A DNA stretch of 64,000 nucleotides from a virus. The notes below the pieces were generated by a model. That model was not told the origin of the DNA. It saw nothing but the letters and a program-made list of their open reading frames with translations, and did no database searches. Location of the stretch: positions 8,017 through 72,016 of the IMG/VR virus record IMGVR_UViG_3300009128_000011, one strand, 5' to 3'. A program made the position numbers and the translations under genes. Below, piece after piece: positions 9,187 to 17,811 of the stretch (position 1 is the first letter of the stretch; the number at the start of each line of letters is the position of its first letter).

Positions 9187-9439
9187 CCCCCTCTCCCCCG
9201 ACGCCGCCAAGGCCCTCCGCTACTTCCGCGACCGCCACCACAACAAGGGGGTGCCGGTGGACTGCGTGGCGCGGGCCTGCGACTGGTACCGCAGCAACGA
9301 GCTCGACCCGACGGCGTTCTCGCAGTCGAAGCTGCGCCTCAACACCCGACGCGCCCAGGTGGCGCTCGACGAGCTTGCAACCCGCGGCCTGATCTCGGGC
9401 CGCCCAGCGGCGAGGGGCTACCTCTGGTCCCTGGCCTGA
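9179..9439 (+). CDS. Hypothetical protein, possibly winged-helix
   Basis: Overlapping start; C-terminal ALDELATRGLI pattern. Confidence 0.5.
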   Translation: MADPLSPDAAKALRYFRDRHHNKGVPVDCVARACDWYRSNELDPTAFSQSKLRLNTRRAQVALDELATRGLISGRPAARGYLWSLA

Positions 9440-9457
9440 TACGAGGAGATCCCGGAC

Positions 9458-9943
9458 ATGAGCGACGACCCGACGACCGAGACCACCGAGAAGGCCCCCA
9501 AGCCGAAGCGCAAGCCGAAGCCGCGGCCGTACAAGAGCATCGGCTACTGGCTGGACAGCATCGCCCCGGAGGGGAGGCTGGCCTACCTGAAGGCTCCCTT
9601 GCTGGACGCGGCTGGCTACGTCTCCGGCCTGCGGTACCCCGTCCCCGCCGGGGGCATCCCCGCCAACCTGGCGGAGCACACGGAGGTGGTGGAGTTGCTC
9701 GCCCAGGTCCCGGTGACCCACCGTCGCGGCGCGGCCGAGATCCTCGCCCGGTCCGTGGACGCGGTGTCCGAGGGGGGCAGCAACTCCCGGCTCTACTTCA
9801 AGGCCTGCCGCGAGGTGGAGCGGGTGCTGGGCCCCGAGGTCCGCGACCTGGTCCTCGAGGCCGAGCCGGCGCCGGTGGAGGAGGCGTCCACCGGGTGGGG
9901 GACGTCGTCGCCCGACGACGAGTCCGACGACCTGCCGCTGTAG
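9458..9943 (+). CDS. Hypothetical protein
   Basis: GAGGAG SD; acidic tail ending DDLPL. Confidence 0.65.
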   Translation: MSDDPTTETTEKAPKPKRKPKPRPYKSIGYWLDSIAPEGRLAYLKAPLLDAAGYVSGLRYPVPAGGIPANLAEHTEVVELLAQVPVTHRRGAAEILARSVDAVSEGGSNSRLYFKACREVERVLGPEVRDLVLEAEPAPVEEASTGWGTSSPDDESDDLPL

Positions 9944-10174
9944 GTGCGAGCCGACATTCGGCGCAGCACGTCGTTCCCGGCGCAGGAGCAGGCGGTCATG
10001 CGGGTGGTGCTGGCCGAGCTGGGCCGCGATGAGGATGCGGCCCGCGACGCTCTGCGCACCCCCGCCGGCCGCCAGCTCGTCGAGCGCTTCTTCCGGCTGC
10101 GGGAGCGCATCCGGGCGGACCTGGTAGCGGCCGAGGAGCGGCGCAAGCCGGAGGAGGGGAGACCGTGGGGATGA
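9944..10174 (+). CDS. Hypothetical protein
   Basis: Starts directly after the previous stop. Confidence 0.5.
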   Translation: MRADIRRSTSFPAQEQAVMRVVLAELGRDEDAARDALRTPAGRQLVERFFRLRERIRADLVAAEERRKPEEGRPWG

Positions 10175-10599
10175 GCGATTCGAACGGGCGCCGTCCGGGC
10201 GTGATCCTGACGAGGAGTCTCGGGGACTGTCGGCCGGGGGACACTCTTGTCGTTCGGTCGGCACCCCGCGTGCAGCCGCCGGGGACGTCGCTGCTCTTCT
10301 ACGCTGCCCCCAGTCGCGACCTGCTGGCGTGGGCGAGGGAGGAAGGCGACAGCGAGGAGACGTGGGCGCAGTACCGGGAGGACTATCTCGACGAGCAGCG
10401 GGGGGAGTACTCCCGTCGCCCCGACCGCTACGCCGCCCTGGTAGGCCGGGCACGGGACGAGGGGCTGGCCCTGGTCTGCTACTGCCCGACGGAGGAGTGG
10501 CCGCCGGACACGCACTGCCACCGGATCATCCTCGCCGACGAGGTGCTGGTCCCGGTGGCGGAGAGCATGAACATCCAGTTACGAGTGGAGCACCTGTGA
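10165..10599 (+). CDS. DUF488/YeaO-like protein
   Basis: APSRDLL...W..YREDYL...LVCYC...CHRIIL pattern. Confidence 0.7.
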   Translation: MGMSDSNGRRPGVILTRSLGDCRPGDTLVVRSAPRVQPPGTSLLFYAAPSRDLLAWAREEGDSEETWAQYREDYLDEQRGEYSRRPDRYAALVGRARDEGLALVCYCPTEEWPPDTHCHRIILADEVLVPVAESMNIQLRVEHL

Positions 10600-10737
10600 G
10601 ATGCGAGATCCCGACCTGGCCAGACGACGCCACCATCGGCGACACGCTGCGCCACCCCGTCTTCGGGGCGGCCAAGGACGGCGCACCGGGTGCGGAGTCT
10701 GCCTTCGCTGCGGGGCTGGCTGCGGGGAGTGCAGCCC

Positions 10738-10971
10738 GTGGGTGACGCCAGCGCCCGCCCCCGGTGGTTCACCGCCGAGGCCGACACGTGGCGGGAGGAC
10801 GAGCCGCGAGTGGCCCTGCACCGCCGAGGCGACGGTCGGGACATCGAGCAGGACCCGTTCGCAGACCAGGGCTGTACGTACCTGCTTTCCCTGGACGACG
10901 CCAGGGCACTCCGGGACGAGATCACCGCGGCGCTGGTCGAGCTGACGGAGGAGGAGAGCCGTGCCGAGTGA
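10738..10971 (+). CDS. Hypothetical protein
   Basis: GGGGAG SD; overlaps the next start. Confidence 0.5.
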   Translation: MGDASARPRWFTAEADTWREDEPRVALHRRGDGRDIEQDPFADQGCTYLLSLDDARALRDEITAALVELTEEESRAE

Positions 10972-11206
10972 TCACGTCCAAGTGCCCATTCACTGGTGGG
11001 CAGGCCGTCTCTTCCACGCCAGCATGGCCCGCTCGCTGGTGACGAGGGCGGCGCTGGCGGGACTCGGCTACACGCAGAAGCGGCTCGGCGGTCTGCTCGT
11101 CGTCGAGTACGTCGACACGGTGTCTGGACCCAGGGACAAGGTCGCGGCGTTCCTTCGTTCCGCGGAGCCCATGTTCGGGCACAAGGAGGACCCCCATGCC
11201 GAGTGA
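10961..11206 (+). CDS. Hypothetical protein
   Basis: GAGGAG SD; overlapping starts and stops. Confidence 0.55.
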   Translation: MPSDHVQVPIHWWAGRLFHASMARSLVTRAALAGLGYTQKRLGGLLVVEYVDTVSGPRDKVAAFLRSAEPMFGHKEDPHAE

Positions 11207-11744
11207 CCTCCCGCCCCTGCGGGCGTTGAGTCTCTGGAGGCCGTGGCCCTGGGCCTTCTTCGAGCCGGTGCCCCCGCGCGCCAGGAAGACCATCGAGAAC
11301 CGCAGCAAGCCCCCGCCGCGGGCGCTGCTGGGGCACGACCTGGGGATCCACGCGGCGAAGCGGTGGGACAACGGTGGGGATACGGACATCACCTTCGCTC
11401 TCATGGATCTGGGAGCCCCCGAAGCGAATGCGCATAGGCCGGACAGCGAAAGCTTCGAGCCGGGCATCTGGGGACTCGTCCGCGTCGTCGGCTGGATCGA
11501 GGTGGACGCCGACCTCCAACTCCTCCGCTCGGAGACCATCGACGAGGTGGGCCCGGAGGTGATCGCCCGCGCCCTGCGCTCCCCGTGGCTGTCCGGCCCG
11601 TTCGGCTGGCTGGTGGATCGCCCGCGCAAGCTGACGGAGCCGGTGGAGATCGGCGGCCGCCAGACGCTGGGGTGGGTGGTGCCCCCGGCGGTGGCGGCGG
11701 AGGTGTACCGGAGGCTGCCTGGCGCCGAGGAGGGCGAGCGATGA
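11196..11744 (+). CDS. ASCH-domain protein
   Basis: ALSLWRPWPWA...KTIENRS...IHAAKR and C-terminal GPFGW...PVEIGGRQTL. Confidence 0.85.
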   Translation: MPSDLPPLRALSLWRPWPWAFFEPVPPRARKTIENRSKPPPRALLGHDLGIHAAKRWDNGGDTDITFALMDLGAPEANAHRPDSESFEPGIWGLVRVVGWIEVDADLQLLRSETIDEVGPEVIARALRSPWLSGPFGWLVDRPRKLTEPVEIGGRQTLGWVVPPAVAAEVYRRLPGAEEGER

Positions 11745-12592
11745 ACGACGCCCGTCTGCGGGAGGAGCGCAACGACGCCCTGGACCGCGCCGAGAAGGCA
11801 GAGGCCGCCCTCGCCCGTCTGCGGAAGGAGTACGCCGAGCTACGGGTTCGACACCGCGAGGTGGATCACAAGGCAGCGCTGGCCATGGGGCGGTTGGGAG
11901 TTCCGTTGGACGCCCCCGGCTTCTTCTGTGCCTGCGGCGTCTGGACGACCGTCGACTACGATGACCGCGGCATCTGCGAGATGTGCGGTCTGCACGCCGA
12001 CGAACTCGCCCGTCTGCGAGAGAAGCGCCTCGCCCTGGTGGAGGCGGTGGCGTGGGTGACGGACAATGCCGACCCGCCCGTTGCCCCGTGCAAGGACTGT
12101 GATGCCTGCGGGTGCTCCTCGTGCCGCGGTGCGACGCCTCATCCCTACGGCCCTCGCCCGTCTCGCTGGGAGGGAGGGGTGAGGCGCGAAGACGACCCGC
12201 TCGCCGTGGCCCCGGACAACGTCTGGGGGTACCGGCAGAACCAACCGAAGCTCGTCGCCCGGGACCTTGCCCGGCTCGCCGACGTGCCGCACGCGGTCAC
12301 CCACGCCGTACTCGTTGCCCGAGGCGTCTACAAGTGGCTGGCGGTGCGACGGGACTTGATCCGGCTCAAGGACAAGTGGAAGGCCCAGGTGCGGCTCGCC
12401 CACTATGCCGTGACGGCCTGTCGGCGCGGGGCACGGAAGGTCGACGGGCGCCCTCGGGAGTGGTGGCGTGGCTACCTCGCTGCGAAGACGGAGGATCGGG
12501 CGGACGTGCGGGCGCTCTGCCACTCGGAGCGGTGGAGAGCGCCGGACAACGACGACGAGGCGCAGGCGTTCCTGGCCCGGGGGACCCCATGA
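11741..12592 (+). CDS. Hypothetical protein (coiled coil, Cys pairs)
   Basis: ATGA coupled start; long open frame. Confidence 0.6.
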   Translation: MNDARLREERNDALDRAEKAEAALARLRKEYAELRVRHREVDHKAALAMGRLGVPLDAPGFFCACGVWTTVDYDDRGICEMCGLHADELARLREKRLALVEAVAWVTDNADPPVAPCKDCDACGCSSCRGATPHPYGPRPSRWEGGVRREDDPLAVAPDNVWGYRQNQPKLVARDLARLADVPHAVTHAVLVARGVYKWLAVRRDLIRLKDKWKAQVRLAHYAVTACRRGARKVDGRPREWWRGYLAAKTEDRADVRALCHSERWRAPDNDDEAQAFLARGTP

Positions 12593-12684
12593 CCGAGTGG
12601 GACTGGCTACTGGCCGCCACCTTCGCAGCGGTGGTGGCGATTGCCGCCTGGTGCGTCCTGGACCAGCGGAGGGAAGACAAGTGA
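12589..12684 (+). CDS. Small membrane peptide
   Basis: One hydrophobic helix; overlaps both neighbours by 4 nt. Confidence 0.5.
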   Translation: MTEWDWLLAATFAAVVAIAAWCVLDQRREDK

Positions 12685-13079
12685 GGCGAGGAATCCAGAT
12701 GGTCGCTTGCTACGCGCTGTTCCCCCTCGCTGTGGGGTGTCTGCTGGGGCTGCTGTTCGGCTGCCAGGTCGACGACCCCCGCCCGCCAGACACCCCCCAG
12801 GAGTGGATCCGCATCTTCGAGCACCCCCTCCTCGACTGGACCATCGTGATCTCCGACCGGGAGGCGCCGACCACCGACTGCACGGTCACGGTCCACGTGG
12901 ACGACCGCTACGCCGTCTTGCACCCCTGCCCCGACTGGGACCAGACTCGCTACTCGCTGCACGAAGTCCTGCACGTGGTGTTCGCCGCCGTGTGCGCGGA
13001 CAAGGAAGCCGGCAGCGACGCCCGAGAGGAACAGGCGGTAGACGCCGTCGTCGGGGCGGTCCTCGACGGGCCGTGGTAA
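12681..13079 (+). CDS. Putative lipoprotein with an HExxH metalloprotease-like motif
   Basis: Hydrophobic leader ending LLFG-C; YSLHEVLH followed by a downstream EE. Confidence 0.55.
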   Translation: MRRGIQMVACYALFPLAVGCLLGLLFGCQVDDPRPPDTPQEWIRIFEHPLLDWTIVISDREAPTTDCTVTVHVDDRYAVLHPCPDWDQTRYSLHEVLHVVFAAVCADKEAGSDAREEQAVDAVVGAVLDGPW

Positions 13080-13209
13080 GCTTTTGACGCCGCCCCTCCC
13101 GGGAGTACCCGCCCGCTGGGCCTCCGGTGCTGCAAGCACCCCGGGAGGTGGCGGCGAACCTCCGTCCCTGCTAGACTTCGCGGTGCTTGCAGTTGAGACG
13201 GAGGACAGC

Positions 13210-13392
13210 ATGGCGACTCGCTACGACTACTACTGTGAGGGGTGCCAGTGGGGGACGCGTCGCGTGTCGCTAGAGATCAACAGGGAGCGCAGGGAACGCC
13301 GAAAGCGGACCGCGGACCTGGAGGCTGACTCGAGGGCGCGGCTCGAGCACCTCACCGACGTGGTGCAGCGTCTCGTCCTGGAGGGGCCGTGA
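13210..13392 (+). CDS. Hypothetical protein (YdyxCxxC, FmdB-like start)
   Basis: GGAGG SD, ATG at 13210. Confidence 0.55.
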   Translation: MATRYDYYCEGCQWGTRRVSLEINRERRERRKRTADLEADSRARLEHLTDVVQRLVLEGP

Positions 13393-13634
13393 CCCCTCCC
13401 ACCTGCCGAGCCATCCGCGCAGCGGCCCGGACGGAGTTCTGTCCTGCCGACTGCGAGCTGCGAGGGAAGCCCCCGGCCTCGTGCCGGTGCGTCCGTCTGC
13501 AGGCGGTGGCGGACCGGGTCCGTGCGCAGCGGGAGACGGCTGACGCCCCCATGCGGCCGACGTCGGGCCAGGGGCGGGTGCGGTACATCCAAGAGCCCGA
13601 GTGGGCGTTCGGTCGCCAAGGGAGGAGACGGTGA
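13389..13634 (+). CDS. Hypothetical protein
   Basis: GTGA overlaps on both sides. Confidence 0.5.
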   Translation: MTPPTCRAIRAAARTEFCPADCELRGKPPASCRCVRLQAVADRVRAQRETADAPMRPTSGQGRVRYIQEPEWAFGRQGRRR

Positions 13635-14032
13635 AGCGCTGGCACACGAAGATCGACGAGCACACCTGCGACCCCTGCCGGTCCATGGACGGGGTGCTGG
13701 TCCCGGAGGGGACGTTCCCGCCGCTGGCGGAGTGCGAGTCGGAGGCGCCGTGTCGGTGCGGGGTGGAGCAGGCGTTCGCCGAGGCTCCCTTCGCTGGCAC
13801 GCACGCCTTCCAGCTCGGGTGGGGGGATCGGCTGCGGCTGCTCCTCGGCCGGCCGCTGGTAGTGTCGACGGAGCTCGTGGTGGCCTACTTCGACGGCGAC
13901 CGCTCCATCGACGTCGGTCCGGCCCGGTGGCTGGCGGGCGCGGTGCCGTTCGGCCGGCCGGCGTGGACGCGGTGGGGGTGGTGGCGGGGTCTCCTCCCCT
14001 CCCGCAGCGCGGAGGCCGAGCGTGCCCCCTGA
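13631..14032 (+). CDS. Hypothetical protein with a MuF-like Cys motif at the N-terminus
   Basis: WHTKIDEHTCDPCRSMDG...PP...CRC; GGAGGAG SD. Confidence 0.55.
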   Translation: MKRWHTKIDEHTCDPCRSMDGVLVPEGTFPPLAECESEAPCRCGVEQAFAEAPFAGTHAFQLGWGDRLRLLLGRPLVVSTELVVAYFDGDRSIDVGPARWLAGAVPFGRPAWTRWGWWRGLLPSRSAEAERAP

Positions 14033-15143
14033 TCTCCCTCCCCTCTTCACCTGCGAGGTCCACTCCTGCCGGATGACGCGCCAGGCGTGCCTGCGTCGGC
14101 AGCAGCCGCAGAAGCTCGGTCGGGGCACCCGCGAGACGAAGCGAGTCCCGTGCCCGGAGGACTGCGAGGAGGGGTCGGAGACGAGTCGCCTGGCGGAGGT
14201 CGGCGAGCTCCCCGACGCGGACTTCTCCGAGCTGCTGGACAACGACTGCGACGGGGAGGACAACGGCGGGGGGGAGGGTGGCGTGCCGCCCGTCGCCCCG
14301 GAGTCCCCCGAAGCCTCGCCCAGTGCGGGTGAGGTGGCGAACCTGCTGGAGACGGAGCCCGCGGGTGAAGATCCCCCCGAGGCTACGCATGATGCGCCGG
14401 AAGTCCGCACGGAGCCTGCGTCCGACAACGACTGCGACGGGGGTGATGACGGTCGTCGCTGCTCCGAGTGCAACAAGCCGTTCCGGTTCCGGTCTCGTGA
14501 CCGTCGCCGGCGCACCTGCAGCACCGAGTGCAGCGGCGTCCGGCGGGACCGGAAGAGGAACGAGAAGCGCCGCGCCGTCGCCCGTGCGTCCAGGGAGGCC
14601 AATCCTCCTCCCACTCACTGCTCCGAGTGCCCGAACGAGCTGCCGCAGCAGACAGGGGGCAGGCAGCGCCTGACCTGCAGCAAGAAGTGCTACCGCCGGC
14701 GGAAGGCGCGCCTGGCCCGGGAAGCGAGGGGGAAGCCCCCTCTTGCGCCCCGTCCCCCTCCCGACGCCCCTCTCCCCATCTGCGCGGTCCAGTACCCCCA
14801 CAAGCGGTGCACCAACTCGGTGGGTGTCCTCTCTGGCGGCAAGCGGCTGAAATACTGCGACGAGTGCAACGCTGACGGCTCGGCCAACCGCTACCGGGCG
14901 TGGGACTACCGGAGGCGCAAGCCGGACCCGAGGGGGCAACGGTACGACAAGCGGGGGCGGCCGCCGAAGGGGAGCAAGCCGAAGCCGAAGGCACCCCCTC
15001 CGAAGCCGGCTCCCCCTCCCCGCATCAACTACCAGTTCAAGCTGGTCGAGCTGCTCAGGAAGGCCAAGCCGGAAGACCTTGACCTCGGCGCTCTCCCCGC
15101 CTGGTTCGTCCGGGCGTGCGCTCGCTACCTGGATCCGCGATGA
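14022..15143 (+). CDS. Cys-rich, multi-zinc-finger hypothetical protein
   Basis: Repeated CSEC...TCSxxC motifs; two DNDCDG motifs; basic C-terminus. Confidence 0.65.
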   Translation: MPPDLPPLFTCEVHSCRMTRQACLRRQQPQKLGRGTRETKRVPCPEDCEEGSETSRLAEVGELPDADFSELLDNDCDGEDNGGGEGGVPPVAPESPEASPSAGEVANLLETEPAGEDPPEATHDAPEVRTEPASDNDCDGGDDGRRCSECNKPFRFRSRDRRRRTCSTECSGVRRDRKRNEKRRAVARASREANPPPTHCSECPNELPQQTGGRQRLTCSKKCYRRRKARLAREARGKPPLAPRPPPDAPLPICAVQYPHKRCTNSVGVLSGGKRLKYCDECNADGSANRYRAWDYRRRKPDPRGQRYDKRGRPPKGSKPKPKAPPPKPAPPPRINYQFKLVELLRKAKPEDLDLGALPAWFVRACARYLDPR

Positions 15144-15340
15144 TGGTCTCCACGATGCGCCCCTTCCTCTTGCGGCTCCGCTCCTGGTGGCTGCGGCTCA
15201 AGCTCGACCTGCTGGAATGGCAGATCCGGGGGGTCGACCCCGGTGATCCCGGGAGGGGGAGCCTGGTGGCGGACAGCATCCGGGTGCGCCGGGAGCTCGC
15301 CCGCCTCGGGCGGGAGGGGAGGCGCCGTGGAGGAGCGTAG
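15140..15340 (+). CDS. Hypothetical protein
   Basis: ATGA overlap. Confidence 0.45.
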   Translation: MMVSTMRPFLLRLRSWWLRLKLDLLEWQIRGVDPGDPGRGSLVADSIRVRRELARLGREGRRRGGA

Positions 15341-15971
15341 GTCTCCGAACCCTCTCCCTGACGAGGAGGAGCTGCGGCTCAAGCTGCTCGACAGGATGCC
15401 GCCGGAGGAGGCGAAGCTGCTGACGCTGCGGATGCGCCGCGCCGGGTACAAGCTGCAGGAGATCGCCGACGCGACGGGGCGCAAGAAGTCGCAGGTCGGG
15501 TACTGGTGCCGCAAGGCGGGGCTGTCCCGTGGCAAGCCGGCGCCGGTCCAGCGGGGGGAGAGCCCGACGATGGTGCGCAAGCGGCTCTACCAGAGCCTGC
15601 GCACGCTCAGCCTCGACGGCGTCCCCCCCACGCAGGAGGAGATCGGCAAGGAGACGCTGCGCACGATGGCGCGGGCGCTCGCCGAGTTCAACCGGCTGCT
15701 ACTGGCGGGGGCGGTGAGTGCGAAGGACCTGATCAAGTACCTGGAGACGGCCCCGAAGGCCGCGGCCCTCATGTTGGGGGAGCCGACCGACATTGTGGAC
15801 CAGCGGGTCCGGGACGAGAGCGGCGGGTCCGACGCGACGGACATCATCATGGAGGGGCTGGCGGCGCAGGGGTGGGAGGTCTCGCTCCGTCAGAAGGGGG
15901 CGCCGGAGGTGGAGGCGGAGATCGTGGAGGAGGAGGAGCCGAGGGCGCTCCCCCCTCACGACGAGGACTAG
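15327..15971 (+). CDS. Probable terminase small subunit (N-terminal HTH)
   Basis: YKLQEIADATGRKKSQVGYW HTH, helical middle ending MLGEPTD, acidic tail; lies upstream of terL. Confidence 0.6.
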   Translation: MEERRSPNPLPDEEELRLKLLDRMPPEEAKLLTLRMRRAGYKLQEIADATGRKKSQVGYWCRKAGLSRGKPAPVQRGESPTMVRKRLYQSLRTLSLDGVPPTQEEIGKETLRTMARALAEFNRLLLAGAVSAKDLIKYLETAPKAAALMLGEPTDIVDQRVRDESGGSDATDIIMEGLAAQGWEVSLRQKGAPEVEAEIVEEEEPRALPPHDED

Positions 15972-16222
15972 GCCGCGGCCAGGTAGTAGACCCGGGCGGG
16001 GCGCCCGGAGTCGGCGTCCATCTGGTCGCACTCGAGCCGGTAGCAGGCGTCCCGGAGCCAGAGCTGGAGCTCGGCCCCGCGGTCGGGGTCCTGCTCCAGC
16101 CCGGGGCCGACCCAGTCGTGGGCGTGGAGGAGGAGGGGGCGGGCCCCGTCGAGGTCGCCGCGGTCGAGCGCGGCGTTGCCGTCGTCGAGCAGGGCGGACA
16201 GGCGGTCGATGGGGGTCGGCAT
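15968..16222 (-). CDS. Hypothetical protein, paralog A of the MPTPIDRL family
   Basis: AAGGAG SD; N-terminus shared with 16927-17130. Confidence 0.65.
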   Translation of the reverse strand: MPTPIDRLSALLDDGNAALDRGDLDGARPLLLHAHDWVGPGLEQDPDRGAELQLWLRDACYRLECDQMDADSGRPARVYYLAAA

Positions 16223-16233
16223 GGCGTTCTCCT

Positions 16234-16416
16234 TCAGGCGTTGAGGTGGTTCCAGGCGTCGATCACGTCCACCTGCTCGTGTCCCTGGCGCTCCAGGTCG
16301 TCGGCCCGCCGGTTGGCGGTGTCGAGCGTCCGGTGCCAGGTGGCGTTGCCGTCGCCGTCGCAGCAGTAGAAGCCGGAGCGGCGGCGGGGGAGCGAGTGGA
16401 GGCGGTAGAGCTTCAC
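16234..16416 (-). CDS. Hypothetical protein
   Basis: Tightly packed within the cassette. Confidence 0.55.
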   Translation of the reverse strand: MKLYRLHSLPRRRSGFYCCDGDGNATWHRTLDTANRRADDLERQGHEQVDVIDAWNHLNA

Positions 16417-16418
16417 GG

Positions 16419-16622
16419 CTACACCAGCCCCGAGCGGGCGAGCCAGCGGGCCCAGCGGGCGTCCCGCTCGGCCTGCTCGGCCTTGACCTTGAGCTGGGCG
16501 ATCTGCCCGTCGGTGAGCAGGGCGCCGCGGGCGTTGTCGAAGCGCGCCCAGGCGTCCCTGGCGCGCTTCTCGGCTCCGGCGTAGTGGCCGAGGCGGGGGT
16601 CGGTGTCGTGGTGGGGCTGCAT
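16419..16622 (-). CDS. Hypothetical protein
   Basis: AGGAG SD; TGATG overlap. Confidence 0.6.
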   Translation of the reverse strand: MQPHHDTDPRLGHYAGAEKRARDAWARFDNARGALLTDGQIAQLKVKAEQAERDARWARWLARSGLV

Positions 16623-16957
16623 CAGTCGTTACTCCTGGCGGCAGCGCTCCAGCGATCCCTGCGGCGGATGTCGTCTCGGATCGCCCATTCGGCGGAGGGC
16701 CAGCGTCCGAGGTGTCGGATGGGGTCGGATCGCCCCTCTTGCTTGGCGATCTGGCTCTCGGCCTTGGCGGTGCCGATGAGCCACGCAGCCCACTCGTGGA
16801 CGGTCGCCCGGAGGGCTTCGTCGAAGGGCTGGCCGGCCTGCAGCCGGGCCATGTTGAGGTCGTCGACCTCGCAGGCGACGGCGGTGAGAGCCCGCAGGGC
16901 CATGTCGAGCTGGTGGAGGGTGATCATCAGCCGTTGCTCCTGTCGAACGTCGTGCAC
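16622..16957 (-). CDS. Hypothetical protein
   Basis: Packed ORF; the true start may be the ATG near 16927 after AGGAG. Confidence 0.55.
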   Translation of the reverse strand: MHDVRQEQRLMITLHQLDMALRALTAVACEVDDLNMARLQAGQPFDEALRATVHEWAAWLIGTAKAESQIAKQEGRSDPIRHLGRWPSAEWAIRDDIRRRDRWSAAARSND

Positions 16958-17130
16958 ATCTCGTCGAAGTGGGGTGCCCGGCGGCTTCCGTCGGCGTCCG
17001 CTTCATCGCTCCAGGCGACCCAGTCGTGGGCGTGGTGGAGGAGGGGCCGGGCCCCGTCGAGGTCGCCGCGGTCGAGCGCGGCGTTGCCGTCGTCGAGCAG
17101 GGCGGTCAGGCGGTCGATGGGGGTGGGCAT
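16927..17130 (-). CDS. Hypothetical protein, paralog B of the MPTPIDRL family
   Basis: GGAGGAG SD; N-terminus shared with 15968-16222. Confidence 0.65.
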   Translation of the reverse strand: MPTPIDRLTALLDDGNAALDRGDLDGARPLLHHAHDWVAWSDEADADGSRRAPHFDEMCTTFDRSNG

Positions 17131-17220
17131 GGTCTCCTCCAGTCTCGGGTTCCTCTACCACCCAGACCCCGTGCCGGGGCTACGGGGTGAGGGGGTGTCA
17201 GCGCCAGAAGGCGCCGGCGT

Positions 17221-17499
17221 CTAGTGGTCCCCGGCGGGGCCGGCCCGGTAGCCGTCCGCCGTGATGTGCAGCAGCCCCGCCTCGTCGACCGGCGTGACCG
17301 TCGGCTCGGTCGCGGTGAGGTACCGCACCGACTCCAGCACGTCGTCGAAGGTGACGCCGAAGTGGCGCGCCGCGGCGTCGAACGCCGACTGCGTCCCGAA
17401 GATGGAGATCCGGTCCCGCCAGTTCGTGCCCCGGACCTCGCAGGTGGGGTCGACGACGTTGAAGGCGGCCATCATACGGTCGTGGTGGGTGTCGTCCAT
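17221..17499 (-). CDS. Hypothetical protein, first gene of cassette 2
   Basis: ATG 33 nt after the predicted TSS, GGAG SD; ends ADGYRAGPAGDH. Confidence 0.7.
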   Translation of the reverse strand: MDDTHHDRMMAAFNVVDPTCEVRGTNWRDRISIFGTQSAFDAAARHFGVTFDDVLESVRYLTATEPTVTPVDEAGLLHITADGYRAGPAGDH

Positions 17500-17531
17500 G
17501 TTCCGTGCTCCGTTGTGGCGTCCCCTAACCA

Positions 17532-17598
17532 TGCCCATATAGTAGCAGCACCCCCGGGGGAGGTCAACCCCAAAACGCACGTTGTGCGAAAAAAGATC
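17532..17598 (-). promoter_or_regulatory. Conserved cassette promoter, copy 2
   Basis: GATCTTTTTTCGCACAACGTGCGTTTTGGGG-TTGACC-17 nt-TACTAT. Confidence 0.85.
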
Positions 17599-17604
17599 CC
17601 CACC

Positions 17605-17634
17605 TTGCTCGTCCGCCAACTCCCCGGGTATAGT
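17605..17634 (+). promoter_or_regulatory. Promoter for a leaderless RHH gene
   Basis: TTGCTC-18 nt-TATAGT, then 6 nt, then ATG with no SD. Confidence 0.6.
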
Positions 17635-17640
17635 CCATCT

Positions 17641-17811
17641 ATGGCCAAGACCTACAACCTACGTGTCCCCCTCGACGATGATCAGGCCGAGTGGCTGAAG
17701 GCGGAGGCTGCCCGGCGGCGGGTCTCCATGGCCGCGGTGGTGCGGGAGCAGCTCCTGCGGATGATGGAGGGGAAGCCGGAGCCGCGGGGGCAGCGGGAGG
17801 CCACTGCGTGA
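17641..17811 (+). CDS. Ribbon-helix-helix (CopG/Arc-like) DNA-binding protein
   Basis: MAKTYNLRVPLDDDQAEWLKAEAARRRVSMAAVVREQL: a beta strand followed by two helices. Confidence 0.85.
   Translation: MAKTYNLRVPLDDDQAEWLKAEAARRRVSMAAVVREQLLRMMEGKPEPRGQREATA

Larger units (their letters stand above)
16109..17132 (-). repeat. Near-identical direct repeat of about 116 bp (16109-16224 and 17017-17132)
   Basis: Both copies encode MPTPIDRL(S/T)ALLDDGNAALDRGDLDGARPLL(L/H)HAHDWV with only a few substitutions. Confidence 0.92.

Noticed and set aside
16109-17132. Repeat pair as a diversity-generating retroelement TR/VR
   Set aside because: No reverse transcriptase in the window, the repeat is N-terminal, and mismatches are not confined to adenines.
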